Shown one piece after another: positions 6,876 through 16,192 of a stretch of 55,554 nt of DNA (the stretch's first letter is position 1; each line of letters begins with the position of its first letter). A program made the translations under genes and the position numbers. The notes beneath the pieces are model-generated. The model was not told the DNA's origin. It saw only the letters and a list, made by a program, of their open reading frames with translations, and did not search any database. The DNA is taken from the IMG/VR virus record IMGVR_UViG_3300030325_000004, positions 1-55,554 of that record; one strand, written 5' to 3'. The stretch comes from a virus (lineage: Duplodnaviria > Caudoviricetes).

Positions 6876-7020
6876 AATAAATTTACCCTTTACGCACCGC
6901 AAAACCAATAACCCCGTCTAGCCACAACGCCGGGTGGTTCGCCTAAACAACTAAACATGCCGGGTTGGGTCGGCCTTGACACGCCTAACAAATTGCCCAA
7001 CATTATGGGTGAGGTGATCG

Positions 7021-7470
7021 ATGCCGACAATCATGGTGAAAGGCCGGGAGGTAATCCTTGATGAAGAGGATATCCCGCTGCTTGAGTCCAGATCTTGGTT
7101 CTGGACTCCACAGGGTTACTTGGCAACATCAATCCCCATCAGCAAGGGGAAGCGCCGGACGGTATGCTTCCACCGGCTAGTGCTTGATGATCCGCCAACA
7201 CCAGCGGTAGACCACATCAACAGGGTTAAGCACGATAACCGTAGGTGCAATCTCCGCGCTTGTTCTGACCGAGAAAACAATCTTAACCGTCGGGGTTGGA
7301 CCAACCCAGAAAAGGGCGTTTCCTTCCGGCGCGGGAAGTGGCAAGTTATTGTCCGGGAGGGTAGCAAAATAAGATGGCTAGGGGCCTACAAAGATAAGGA
7401 TGAAGCCGTGCGGGTTGCCACCACTTATTTTGTAGCTCGGGACAACTCACCAACCGACCTAACACCATAA
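7021..7470 (+). CDS. free-standing HNH homing endonuclease (HNH plus AP2-like DNA-binding domain)
   Basis: HRLVL...VDHINRVKHDNRRCNLR...N; KGVSFRRGKWQ...WLGAY. Confidence 0.9.
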   Translation: MPTIMVKGREVILDEEDIPLLESRSWFWTPQGYLATSIPISKGKRRTVCFHRLVLDDPPTPAVDHINRVKHDNRRCNLRACSDRENNLNRRGWTNPEKGVSFRRGKWQVIVREGSKIRWLGAYKDKDEAVRVATTYFVARDNSPTDLTP

Positions 7471-7560
7471 ATCCAGCCGCAATCACGAACCGCCCCGCGC
7501 AGCAACCCCAGCGAATCCAGCCCGGAGCGGTTCGCCTAACCCACGAAACGGAGCAAGCCC

Positions 7561-7719
7561 ATGACCATCCCCCTTTCAGATATGGAGCATTGCCCGCGCT
7601 GTTGGGCCTACTTCACTAAGGGGTTCAACCATCAATGCCCGCCCCTCCTGGCGGCCCTGGTTTCGCTCCACGAACAGAAGAAAAACACCATCGAACCCGA
7701 AAGCGACCCCAACCCCTAG
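7561..7719 (+). CDS. small hypothetical protein
   Basis: GGAG RBS; CPRC...HQC. Confidence 0.5.
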   Translation: MTIPLSDMEHCPRCWAYFTKGFNHQCPPLLAALVSLHEQKKNTIEPESDPNP

Positions 7720-7727
7720 GAGCCCCC

Positions 7728-8102
7728 ATGACCAACAAACCCGCGCCCCTGGTGCTCGTCAAGCATGGCGCAACTCGGACAGTCCTGCTCATTCATAGGT
7801 GGGCCGTCAAAATCCCGTCTTGTATTGAGTGGCGGCTGTTTTTGCAGGGCCTTCTTGCCAATATGCAGGAACGCAAGTTTGCGGGTACCGAATGGCCGGA
7901 GTTTTGCCCCGTCATCTTCGGTGTGCCGGGAGGGTGGCTTCTGGTAATGCGCCGCGCTCAGCCACTGACCGATGACGAGTGGGAACGCTTCGAGCCCTAC
8001 ACGTTCTGCACACCCAAAGATCGGATCATCCCGGCAGAAGCCAAACGAGACAGTTTCGGCACCCTAAATAAAAAAATTGTGGCTGTCGACTACGGCAACT
8101 GA
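7728..8102 (+). CDS. hypothetical protein, possibly a degenerate kinase-like fold
   Basis: GATRTVLL...AVKIP...ANMQE...IVAVDYG resembles minimal kinase-fold phage proteins (inference). Confidence 0.7.
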   Translation: MTNKPAPLVLVKHGATRTVLLIHRWAVKIPSCIEWRLFLQGLLANMQERKFAGTEWPEFCPVIFGVPGGWLLVMRRAQPLTDDEWERFEPYTFCTPKDRIIPAEAKRDSFGTLNKKIVAVDYGN

Positions 8103-8121
8103 ACTAACTTAGGAGCCCCCC

Positions 8122-8808
8122 ATGACCAACGAACCGAAGCACCCGTGCCCTGAACGCGCCGCGCCCCTGGTGCCGTCCATGCCCGAATGCGATGTCTTGA
8201 GATACGGACAAACCGTTGTGATTGAAGGGCTGCGAGACTACGCCCGCCAGTGTGCCGAGATCGCCCAGGCCCAGGCGCAACGTGCGGATGGGGCGGAGCG
8301 CCGAGCCGAATACTGGAAGGCTGAACACAACGCCGCGAACGCAGAGATCGACAAACTCCACGCCACCCTCGCCCAGCGTGACCGCGAGGTGCTGGCGCTG
8401 CGGGAGGCCGCCAAAGAATCGGCTATCGCCTGGGAAGTTTGCCGATCTATCCATGAAACCTGGGCCAAGGGCAAGGACCCGCTGTATAAAACAAGACATC
8501 TCGATTTTGTGCGTGCCGCAGACAAAGCTCGCGAAGCCCTCGCCTCCACCGCGCAGGCCGGGGCAGAGGCCGAGCGCAAGATTAAAGAGTGGTGTGTCGA
8601 ATCCGCATGGAAATGGTGGAACGATCGCAGCCCCGAGCGGCCCTGTGGGCGAGATACCCTTGAGGCCGCCATCCTCGGCACGGGCGGGGAGGCCGTAGAC
8701 CTATCCAGATGCCCCAAGTGCGGAGGCCCTGCCGACAACGGGCACGACCGATGTCTGCCGCCGAATCCCTACTTCTGCACCAAATGCGAGAGCGGGGAGG
8801 AGCGATGA
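8122..8808 (+). CDS. coiled-coil hypothetical protein with C-terminal Zn finger
   Basis: AGGAG RBS; CPKCGGPADNGHDR...YFCTKC. Confidence 0.75.
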   Translation: MTNEPKHPCPERAAPLVPSMPECDVLRYGQTVVIEGLRDYARQCAEIAQAQAQRADGAERRAEYWKAEHNAANAEIDKLHATLAQRDREVLALREAAKESAIAWEVCRSIHETWAKGKDPLYKTRHLDFVRAADKAREALASTAQAGAEAERKIKEWCVESAWKWWNDRSPERPCGRDTLEAAILGTGGEAVDLSRCPKCGGPADNGHDRCLPPNPYFCTKCESGEER

Positions 8809-8975
8809 CCCGCCCCTACGCCACTGAATTGCGGCAGAATCATCGAGTATGAACGGATGAGATTTTGGGTCAGACTTCTTTCTTTGATTTTCTCTCTACT
8901 GGTAGTTGGGACCTTGGTATCCGCGATTGCCCGCGATATGAAGCGAAAGATCCCAACCCAGATCAAGGAGCACAA

Positions 8976-9176
8976 ATGATCCGAGGCTATTGCTTTTGGT
9001 GTGGACGCCACAAGTACCTCATGCGGGGACCAGACGGCAGGGAAGTGTGCGGTTTCTGCGTGGAAGAAGATGATTACATCAACCACCTGCACCGGAATGC
9101 CCGTATCGACCGGCGCGAGGCCAAGAAGGTCGCCAAGGGGCACCGCAAGCCCACGATGGTCTACGATGCCGATTGA
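8976..9176 (+). CDS. small Zn-finger protein
   Basis: AAGGAG RBS; CFWC...CGFC. Confidence 0.6.
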   Translation: MIRGYCFWCGRHKYLMRGPDGREVCGFCVEEDDYINHLHRNARIDRREAKKVAKGHRKPTMVYDAD

Positions 9177-9411
9177 TTACCGTTGCACCAGGGGAAGGGC
9201 CGTTGTCCGCGTACTGGCATACCGCCCCGCAAACGAGCCCATGCCTGACGACTGCCTGCATGTAGTGATCCAAGCCATGAATGGCAAGGAGCCTATTGCA
9301 GAAGACCCTCTGCATGTAGAAGACTGCCGGGTTCTGGATCTAGCCAGAGAGCTTCACCTAATGCGGAATGAGGGATGGGAAACCGTGGCGAACAGGGCCA
9401 TGTTATTGTAA
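9166..9411 (+). CDS. hypothetical protein
   Basis: Overlapping start MPIDYRC, co-oriented. Confidence 0.5.
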   Translation: MPIDYRCTRGRAVVRVLAYRPANEPMPDDCLHVVIQAMNGKEPIAEDPLHVEDCRVLDLARELHLMRNEGWETVANRAMLL

Positions 9412-9447
9412 ACTTGATGATGCCCACAGTGGGCGAAAGGAGCATGG

Positions 9448-9819
9448 ATGTGTTCGGTTGGTCCATCATGGCAGTTTGTTTCGAGCCCCCCAGGTTGGTG
9501 GGCCATCTACAAGAACAAGGCCGGAGGGCGCATGGCCATGCCCATCGTCTGCTGGAGGATGATGCCTGATAACCGGGATGAGGCGAGCATCGCTAATTCC
9601 CCAGACCGCCAGGTCCCCTACGGAGAGCCCATGATCCACGGCGGGGATGGCCTGCTGGAATCCTGTTTCGGCCAAGGCAACCTGATCCCTGGCGATAAAA
9701 ACAATTTCCGTTACGACTTCCGTGATGGCTGGATGTTCGATTATGCGGACTTCATCCCTAAAACCAAGGGGATTCTGCGCAAGCCTGAAGGCGATGCCAT
9801 CTATTGGGAGGTTCTGTGA
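9448..9819 (+). CDS. hypothetical protein
   Basis: AAAGGAG RBS; coupled to the next gene. Confidence 0.65.
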   Translation: MCSVGPSWQFVSSPPGWWAIYKNKAGGRMAMPIVCWRMMPDNRDEASIANSPDRQVPYGEPMIHGGDGLLESCFGQGNLIPGDKNNFRYDFRDGWMFDYADFIPKTKGILRKPEGDAIYWEVL

Positions 9820-10331
9820 AGCTGTTTGATCTTGGCCCGCTGTTTGAGCATGTCCGCGAAAAGATCGAGGCGGGTGAAACCCCTGATCCCGCAATTGTCA
9901 AGCTGATCATCCAGGAAGGCCCCAAGGCCATTGACGATTGGTTCCTGATGGTAGACGAGGTTGACGGAGACATCGAAGCGTTGAAGGCCCACCTGGAGAA
10001 GATCAAGTGCCGTCTCGATGCCCGGGAGCAGACCAAGGAGCGCATGGAGGGCATGGTCCAGGACATCCTGAAGCGGCACTTCCCCAAGGTTGACAAGGCT
10101 GGGAACATCACTGGCTATGGCCTCAAAACCGCGCTTGGGACCTATTATGTGCAGAAGACCCCGGTCTTCACCTTTACCGGCGCGGATCCAGTCAAGAACC
10201 CGCAGTTCTTCAAGTTCCCCGAACCGGAGTTCAAGAAGTCTGAAGCGATCCGGGTTTACAAGGAAGGCGTTCTCCCGGAGAATGTGACCGTGACAGAAGA
10301 ATTTACCGAAAGCGTGAGGTGCAGGCGATAG
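9816..10331 (+). CDS. siphovirus Gp157 / Gam-like coiled-coil protein
   Basis: DGDIEALKAHLEKIKCRLDAREQTKERME...KTALGT pattern; sits next to the SSB-like gene. Confidence 0.55.
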   Translation: MKLFDLGPLFEHVREKIEAGETPDPAIVKLIIQEGPKAIDDWFLMVDEVDGDIEALKAHLEKIKCRLDAREQTKERMEGMVQDILKRHFPKVDKAGNITGYGLKTALGTYYVQKTPVFTFTGADPVKNPQFFKFPEPEFKKSEAIRVYKEGVLPENVTVTEEFTESVRCRR

Positions 10332-10392
10332 ACCGCAGCTAGACGGTTTCTAGCGTAGAACAGGGGCATCAAGGCCCCGAAGGAGAAACAAC

Positions 10393-11034
10393 ATGAGCAA
10401 CGATCCCTTTGAAATCCCGTCTTCCGGCCCGCGAGTTCTCGCGCCCGAGGGCAAGTTCCCTGCCGTCCTGTATCTGGTCGCGGATCTCGGCCACCACAAG
10501 GATACCTACGACGGGAAGGAAACCATCAAGCACAAGATCTATCTGGGCTTTGAGCTTGTCGGCACGAAGATGGAAGACGGTCGGCCTTATGCCATCGGCA
10601 AGGAGTTCACCGTCTCCCCGTCGAAGTTCCACAAGGGCGACTACTACTTCGCCAAGACCTCGAACATCTACAAGCTGATCAAGTCGTGGGCCAACAAGGA
10701 CAAGATTCGGACGGATCCCGGTGTGCTGGTGGAGCTGCTGAAGCTGGCTCATCCCGCCACGATTACCGTGGAACATATCGAGTCCCGGCGCGATGCCACC
10801 AAGACCTACGCGGTCATCGAATCCGTGAAGCCCTACAAGGGCAAGGACAAGGTGGAGCGGTCCAATGAGCCCGTGGACTGCCTGAGTAACATGGATGATT
10901 TCGACAAACTGCCTGAGTGGATCCAGAAGAAGATCAAGGGCAACCTCGAAAACAATGGTGGCGTCCCCGAGATCCGCTATGACGATGCCCCTGGCGCTGG
11001 GGACGATCTTGATGACGCTTCGGTTCCCTTCTGA
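10393..11034 (+). CDS. ssDNA-binding / replication protein (NGO0469-like family)
   Basis: PEGKFPAV...DLGH...LPEWIQKKI; acidic tail ending DDASVPF. Confidence 0.7.
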   Translation: MSNDPFEIPSSGPRVLAPEGKFPAVLYLVADLGHHKDTYDGKETIKHKIYLGFELVGTKMEDGRPYAIGKEFTVSPSKFHKGDYYFAKTSNIYKLIKSWANKDKIRTDPGVLVELLKLAHPATITVEHIESRRDATKTYAVIESVKPYKGKDKVERSNEPVDCLSNMDDFDKLPEWIQKKIKGNLENNGGVPEIRYDDAPGAGDDLDDASVPF

Positions 11035-11048
11035 GCCGATTTAACCCG

Positions 11049-11079
11049 GCAGGGGGTTTAACCGCCCCCTGCTTTTTTT
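11049..11079 (+). terminator. intrinsic terminator
   Basis: gcaggggg-loop-ccccctgc followed by T7. Confidence 0.85.
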
Positions 11080-11091
11080 CTGGGGGAGAGA

Positions 11092-11331
11092 ATGAATGAT
11101 TGGCGCGGGATAGATATCATCGCGGGACTTCGCGGGGGCTACCCCGATAAATGCGATTTTTGCGGTCAACCCATGAAGCCCGAAGATGCGATCCCCGAGG
11201 AGGCTGGAGATTGGGCTTGCCGGGAGTGTTGGGACCGGTGGGAAAGCGAATCCCAGGCGCTACCTCCGTTCGAGGCCACGAAGGACGAGCGGGAACGAAG
11301 TGATAGCGAATCCGAGGGGCCGCGGGGATGA
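11092..11331 (+). CDS. small Zn-finger protein
   Basis: CDFC...CREC. Confidence 0.65.
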   Translation: MNDWRGIDIIAGLRGGYPDKCDFCGQPMKPEDAIPEEAGDWACRECWDRWESESQALPPFEATKDERERSDSESEGPRG

Positions 11332-11507
11332 AAGTAGATCAGCTTACCGAAGACGTATCCTTCCTTCGCCGCAGGCAGCATTGGCTTGAGGGACGGATCC
11401 GGGAAGGCGGGATGAAGAGCTACGATGTGAAGGAGGCAGAGGCCCTCGGCCGGGTTCTGTCTCTTTTGGAGAAGGCCGTCCAGAAAGTAGAGGAGGGCGC
11501 GAAATGA
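11328..11507 (+). CDS. small hypothetical protein
   Basis: ATGA-coupled at both ends; MKVDQLTEDVSFLRRRQHWLE... Confidence 0.6.
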   Translation: MKVDQLTEDVSFLRRRQHWLEGRIREGGMKSYDVKEAEALGRVLSLLEKAVQKVEEGAK

Positions 11508-12061
11508 CCATCTTGCGCTTCATCTGGCTTGGGATCTCCTTCCTCGCGGTAGAGGTATTCATCTTCCTGCCGCTCTACCTGGTTGGGCTTCTGGCCTTCC
11601 CCATTGCGTATCACTTTGCTTCCCTGACAGTGAAGGAATCCTACATCAACACATGCCAGGATGTTCTGGGGTTCAAGAACCGCGTCCTGGATGAGTGGCT
11701 GGGAAATCGGGAGGATGGCCTTCTCCCGGCTTGGTGGCAGAAGGAGCGCAACGGGACAGCTTACGGCTGGTTTCTCCGCAACCCGGTCTGCAACATGCGG
11801 TTCTGGCCCTATATTTCGACATTCCCGAATTCCGAAAGGATGAAGTGGATTGGAACCATCGACCATATTGGTAACGCCAACGAAACGGGTTGGTTCTTGT
11901 GCTGGCAGGGCCTTTATACAGGCTTCTGGTATCAGGGGAAGTATTTCGGGTGCTGGGTGGGGTGGAAATGTTCTCCCCGCGATAGGTTCCCGGACGCCCC
12001 GAGGGATTACCGCTATTGCGGGCTGGGCATTGCCTGCCAACTCTGGAAAGCCAAGAACTAG
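11504..12061 (+). CDS. Trp-rich membrane protein
   Basis: Long N-terminal hydrophobic segment; WLGNREDG...WFLRNP. Confidence 0.75.
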   Translation: MTILRFIWLGISFLAVEVFIFLPLYLVGLLAFPIAYHFASLTVKESYINTCQDVLGFKNRVLDEWLGNREDGLLPAWWQKERNGTAYGWFLRNPVCNMRFWPYISTFPNSERMKWIGTIDHIGNANETGWFLCWQGLYTGFWYQGKYFGCWVGWKCSPRDRFPDAPRDYRYCGLGIACQLWKAKN

Positions 12062-12176
12062 CAAGAAAAGGGAGCCCATAGGCCCCCTTGCTGGTGTGTA
12101 ACTTTTGTTGTATTCTTACTCCAGTTGCGATCCGGGCGGGTTGCACAAACGGGAGCAATAATCATGGTGGGTCAAA

Positions 12177-12374
12177 ATGGATACTTTGTCAATCCTGAAA
12201 AGGCTTGTGGATCGTCATGGACCCGCACATGCTGCGCGTCTCATCGGCGTCACTTATCAATCGGTATGGCGCTGGATGAATGGGAAGTCCACGATCCGGG
12301 GAGGGTCCGCGAAACTGATCCTACTCGCGGGGGAGGCCGATGAAAAGGATCTGGAGTCTAAGGCTCAATCTTGA
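12177..12374 (+). CDS. Cro-like HTH regulator
   Basis: AARLIGVTYQSVWRWMNG. Confidence 0.75.
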   Translation: MDTLSILKRLVDRHGPAHAARLIGVTYQSVWRWMNGKSTIRGGSAKLILLAGEADEKDLESKAQS

Positions 12375-13017
12375 CGAATTTAACGCTCTCGCTGGGATGG
12401 CGTTTACCGATTCAGATAGGGCCAGCGTCCTGAATGGCCTTCTGGCCGGGATGAATCGTGCCCAATTACCCGAACAGTGTTCGAGCATTGTTCGAGCAGC
12501 GTTCGACGCCGGGGTGCGTTGGAGACTGGATGCCGAGGAGTATGTCGAGAAGAAGGCAAATGCTGGAAAGAGGAGTGCTGACGCCCGGAGAGAGAAGTAC
12601 GGAGATGCCCAGCCGTCGAGCAGTGATCGAACACCGCTCGAACAGTCCTCGAACATAACCAATAACGATAAACCAATAACTAAGAACGAAGAACACGGGA
12701 AAGCATCCTCGCCCTCACGGGCTCGTCAGTCTGCTGAGAAGAAGGAAATACCTCCCATCCCAGAAGAGCTTCTTCCTTTCCTTGAAGCCCTCACCCGCGA
12801 CTGGCCACGCAAGAGCCATGATGGTCGGCGCGTCACGATTCTGCGCCCCAAGGACTCGTGGGAGAAGATCTGCAAGAACCGTGGCGACGATGACCCCAAG
12901 ATTCCCGTCAATGCAGCCCTTGCCTACCTCGATACCAACCCGGCCCAGTATGTCATCGGGATGGATAACTTCTTCGGGGTGGCCCGCAAATACACCAAAT
13001 TCGTTGTGGAGGATTAG
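12340..13017 (+). CDS. replication initiator (lambda O-like architecture)
   Basis: AGKRSADARR basic motif, low-complexity linker with iterons, directly upstream of DnaB. Confidence 0.65.
   Translation: MKRIWSLRLNLDEFNALAGMAFTDSDRASVLNGLLAGMNRAQLPEQCSSIVRAAFDAGVRWRLDAEEYVEKKANAGKRSADARREKYGDAQPSSSDRTPLEQSSNITNNDKPITKNEEHGKASSPSRARQSAEKKEIPPIPEELLPFLEALTRDWPRKSHDGRRVTILRPKDSWEKICKNRGDDDPKIPVNAALAYLDTNPAQYVIGMDNFFGVARKYTKFVVED
12478..12690. promoter_or_regulatory. putative replication origin (iterons)
   Basis: [TC]GTTCGA x3 at 11-bp spacing (12478-12506) and TCGA[AG]CA x4 at 11-bp spacing (12616-12655), then an A-rich tract. Confidence 0.55.
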
Positions 13018-14384
13018 TGACTGACGATCTCTGGGAGGGCATGGATGTTGATCAGAAGCCGCGCATTAAAGCCGTCCGGTCCTTGCCGGAGGACATTGAG
13101 GCGGAAAGGATGTTACTTTCCTGCATCTTCGCACCTGGATGCGACCATTATGCCGTAGAAGCTGCTGACGAGGTCCACCCGGATTGGTTTCACAATCCCC
13201 GTTATCGGATGGTTTTTGAGGCTGGATGCCGCCTGGCCAATTCGGGCACCGAAATTTCAGTTGTGGCCCTGAATGATGAACTCGGCAAAGACGCCCACAA
13301 GGTCGGTGGATTCACTGGATTGGTGGGGATGTTCCAGGACATGACGGCAGAGGACTGGAGGCCCTTCGCGAGAATTATCCGGGCCAAGTGGGAGGCCAGA
13401 ACAGCATTACTCGCTCTTTCTCGCGCCCAAGAATCAATCGAGTCGGACGGCGAGGTCGGCACTAGCCTAACCGGGCTTATGCCGCTCCTTGGGGCACTGG
13501 AGCCCCAGAACCGGGCCATTGTGGACCATTCTGACCTGTTAGACTTGGCCTCAAGTGGCATCGCCCTAATCCCCCCTGAGCGGGCCTCGAACCGTCCGAT
13601 TTTCGGGGTAGACTTCTTGGACTCGCAGTTGAATGCCACCGCTGGCCGGTTTGGGGTGATCGCCGCCAAGACTTCTGCCGGGAAATCCTCGATTGCCTAT
13701 CAGATCGCTACCGAGTCCTGTGCCCACAATAGGCGTGTTCTTTTGGTCAGCCTGGAATCCGACAAGGAAGAGGTCGTGGGGGCTATCGCCGCAAACTTGG
13801 GGCACCTGAACCGGAGCGCGGTCATGCGCTATGGGACATCTGGGTTTGAATCGGACGCACTCCCCTTGATCAAGGCTAATTTTGCTGGATATTACGCATC
13901 ATCGGGGTCAAGTTGGGATTCTCTGGAAAGGGCGATACGGGCCGAACATCGTAGGCGGCCCTTTGAAGTAGTGATCGTGGATTACTTCACACTCCTCCAG
14001 CCCCCAGAATACAAGGGCCGAAATCTAGCTTCTCTATATGGCGAAATTTCCAAGGCCGGTAAGCGTCTGGCCCAAGAGCTTGAATGCTCAGTGATCTTTC
14101 TGTCGCAGTTCAACCGTGGAATCGAGGACGGGCAGGAGCCCTACCTTGAGAACTTGCGGGAAACCGGCCAGCTCGAACAGGATGCGGATTGGGTGGTGCT
14201 AATGTGGTCCAAACCCGATGACGAGCCAGATGGAACCCGGTTGGTCTACGCGAAAGGCGCGAAGAACCGGGGCGGGAAACGGAACTTCCGGGGTAAGATG
14301 ACCTTCTACCCAGCGGAGAGCAGATTCATCGAGAACTTCTCTGAAACCGACCCCTTCAAGCCTTCCCGCCGTGGCAGGGCTTGA
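13017..14384 (+). CDS. dnaB: DnaB-like replicative helicase
   Basis: LPEDIEAERMLL, Walker A AAKTSAGKS, VIVDYF, LSQFNR, LRETGQLEQDAD, AKNR. Confidence 0.95.
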   Translation: MTDDLWEGMDVDQKPRIKAVRSLPEDIEAERMLLSCIFAPGCDHYAVEAADEVHPDWFHNPRYRMVFEAGCRLANSGTEISVVALNDELGKDAHKVGGFTGLVGMFQDMTAEDWRPFARIIRAKWEARTALLALSRAQESIESDGEVGTSLTGLMPLLGALEPQNRAIVDHSDLLDLASSGIALIPPERASNRPIFGVDFLDSQLNATAGRFGVIAAKTSAGKSSIAYQIATESCAHNRRVLLVSLESDKEEVVGAIAANLGHLNRSAVMRYGTSGFESDALPLIKANFAGYYASSGSSWDSLERAIRAEHRRRPFEVVIVDYFTLLQPPEYKGRNLASLYGEISKAGKRLAQELECSVIFLSQFNRGIEDGQEPYLENLRETGQLEQDADWVVLMWSKPDDEPDGTRLVYAKGAKNRGGKRNFRGKMTFYPAESRFIENFSETDPFKPSRRGRA

Positions 14385-14440
14385 CCGTTAAAAGAAATAG
14401 CCTAGATTTGTAACAGCGCAAGGATGCGCAAGGGGGACTG

Positions 14441-14665
14441 TTGAGAACGGATGGTCTTGCATACATCAATGATCTCGTGTATCTAATGGATAAACATAAT
14501 TTGCCCCATCCTGAGGCCATCGTTCTTACTTCCTCCATGTATGAGGATATTGAAGAGCATTTAGAGAATGTATGGTTTCCATGGGCGAAGGGCGAACGCC
14601 CCATTAAGTCAACAAGGATGAAGATGCTGGGTATTACCGTGATTAAGGGGATTCAAAATGTATGA
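14441..14665 (+). CDS. hypothetical protein
   Basis: AGGGGG RBS; overlaps the next start. Confidence 0.55.
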   Translation: MRTDGLAYINDLVYLMDKHNLPHPEAIVLTSSMYEDIEEHLENVWFPWAKGERPIKSTRMKMLGITVIKGIQNV

Positions 14666-14882
14666 CGGCCTTTCCAGGGATGATATGGCCATGATCCTTG
14701 CCCATGTGGAGTATAAGATTCTCGTGGGGACCGAGGAGTGGCGAATGGCAACGGCAATCGACAATGCCTACGGGTTCCTCGCAAAGTATGAGAAATCCCG
14801 GATGGTGGATGGAGATGTTGGCGAGGCCACGGATCAGAGCGCGAAGCGCAGCGAGGGCGATGATGCGGGGGCGCGGGGATGA
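14658..14882 (+). CDS. hypothetical protein
   Basis: AAGGGG RBS. Confidence 0.6.
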   Translation: MYDGLSRDDMAMILAHVEYKILVGTEEWRMATAIDNAYGFLAKYEKSRMVDGDVGEATDQSAKRSEGDDAGARG

Positions 14883-15048
14883 CGACAATCTCAGAAACCC
14901 TATTTAACTACGAAGAAGCCAAAGAAGGAATCAGGACCGCATCCCAAGAACTAATCCAGAAAGCAGTAGAACAGGGATGCAACGAAAAGAGCGCACAGGA
15001 TGCAAGGGTAGCCTACGCCTATCTAGTGGGCCTTACACGGAGGAAGAA

Positions 15049-15702
15049 GTGAGCGAATTCCAAGAGTTCCACAAGATGGGGCGGTGGTCCCGCGAGATCA
15101 TTGTGACGGAGAAGATTGACGGAACGAATGCCCAGATTTACATTGAGGCGCTTGAGGGTTATCCGTCTAACGACCCAAATTGCGTGTATCGGGCCGATGG
15201 GCTGGCGATGTGGGTTGGTTCCCGAACCCGGTGGATTACGCCCGCTAACGACAACTACGGCTTCGCGGACTGGGCCCTAAAGAACGCGGAAGAGCTTCTT
15301 ACCCTTGGCCCGGGTCGGCATTTTGGGGAATGGTGGGGGCAGGGCATCCAGCGGAAGTATGGGCTTGCCGAGAAGCGGTTCAGCATGTTCAACGTCCAGC
15401 GTTGGTGCCTGCACGGTGAGACGCCCATCGTTACGCCCGCCCTAAACCCCAAAGATGAACCCAGGGTGCAGCAGATTCTTCCGCCCTGCTGCGGGCTGGT
15501 CCCGATTCTGTATCGCGGCATGATGGACGAGGAACAAATCAAACTGTGCCTTTGTGATCTCCGGGATAAAGGCAGCCATGCGGCCCCAGGGTTCATGGAC
15601 GCAGAGGGCATCGTGATTTATCACACGGCATCTGGCGTTGGGTTTAAGAAAACCCTCAAGAATGACGAAACCCCGAAGTCCCTCATTAAGGAGAAGAAGT
15701 AA
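15049..15702 (+). CDS. RNA ligase family protein (Rnl2-like nucleotidyltransferase domain)
   Basis: Motif I TEKIDGTN, GSRTR, FGEWWG, VPILY, EGIVI. Confidence 0.85.
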   Translation: MSEFQEFHKMGRWSREIIVTEKIDGTNAQIYIEALEGYPSNDPNCVYRADGLAMWVGSRTRWITPANDNYGFADWALKNAEELLTLGPGRHFGEWWGQGIQRKYGLAEKRFSMFNVQRWCLHGETPIVTPALNPKDEPRVQQILPPCCGLVPILYRGMMDEEQIKLCLCDLRDKGSHAAPGFMDAEGIVIYHTASGVGFKKTLKNDETPKSLIKEKK

Positions 15703-16073
15703 TGGACAAGGAAATGCTTCAGAAGGTGCTCGATTTCATCCGCGAGGGGGCTACGGCAGCCTCTGGACCGGCTAGGTGGGGGTTTGAGCAGGTGTGTGCA
15801 TACCGGGTGAATCAAGAAATCGCTTGGTTAGTATGCCTTTCCGCGATTACGGTATTGATGGTCCTTGTTATTGCGTTCTCCTATAATCGTTGCAGCCGGG
15901 AGGGGTTTGACCCAGACGGGGGCATCGCAGATAATGTGGCCATAACCATGGGCGCTCTTGGCCTGATCGGGCTACTGGTGTGCGTACTGTGTATCCTAAC
16001 AACCCTGCCCGAATCCTATGCGGTAATCAAGAACCCGGAAGGCGCTGTATTGAGTCGTCTGTCAGGATCATAG
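15702..16073 (+). CDS. two-TM membrane protein
   Basis: Two hydrophobic helices; AAGGAG RBS. Confidence 0.7.
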   Translation: MDKEMLQKVLDFIREGATAASGPARWGFEQVCAYRVNQEIAWLVCLSAITVLMVLVIAFSYNRCSREGFDPDGGIADNVAITMGALGLIGLLVCVLCILTTLPESYAVIKNPEGAVLSRLSGS

Positions 16074-16192
16074 GCGGTGCGTATGACCAAGGCACAGAAA
16101 GAAGGTTGCATCTGGATGTCCGTGGGGGTCTTCCTCGGGTTTCTGTTCCTGACCTATGTAACGGCAAGAGTGATCCATCTTGCATGGAGGGG

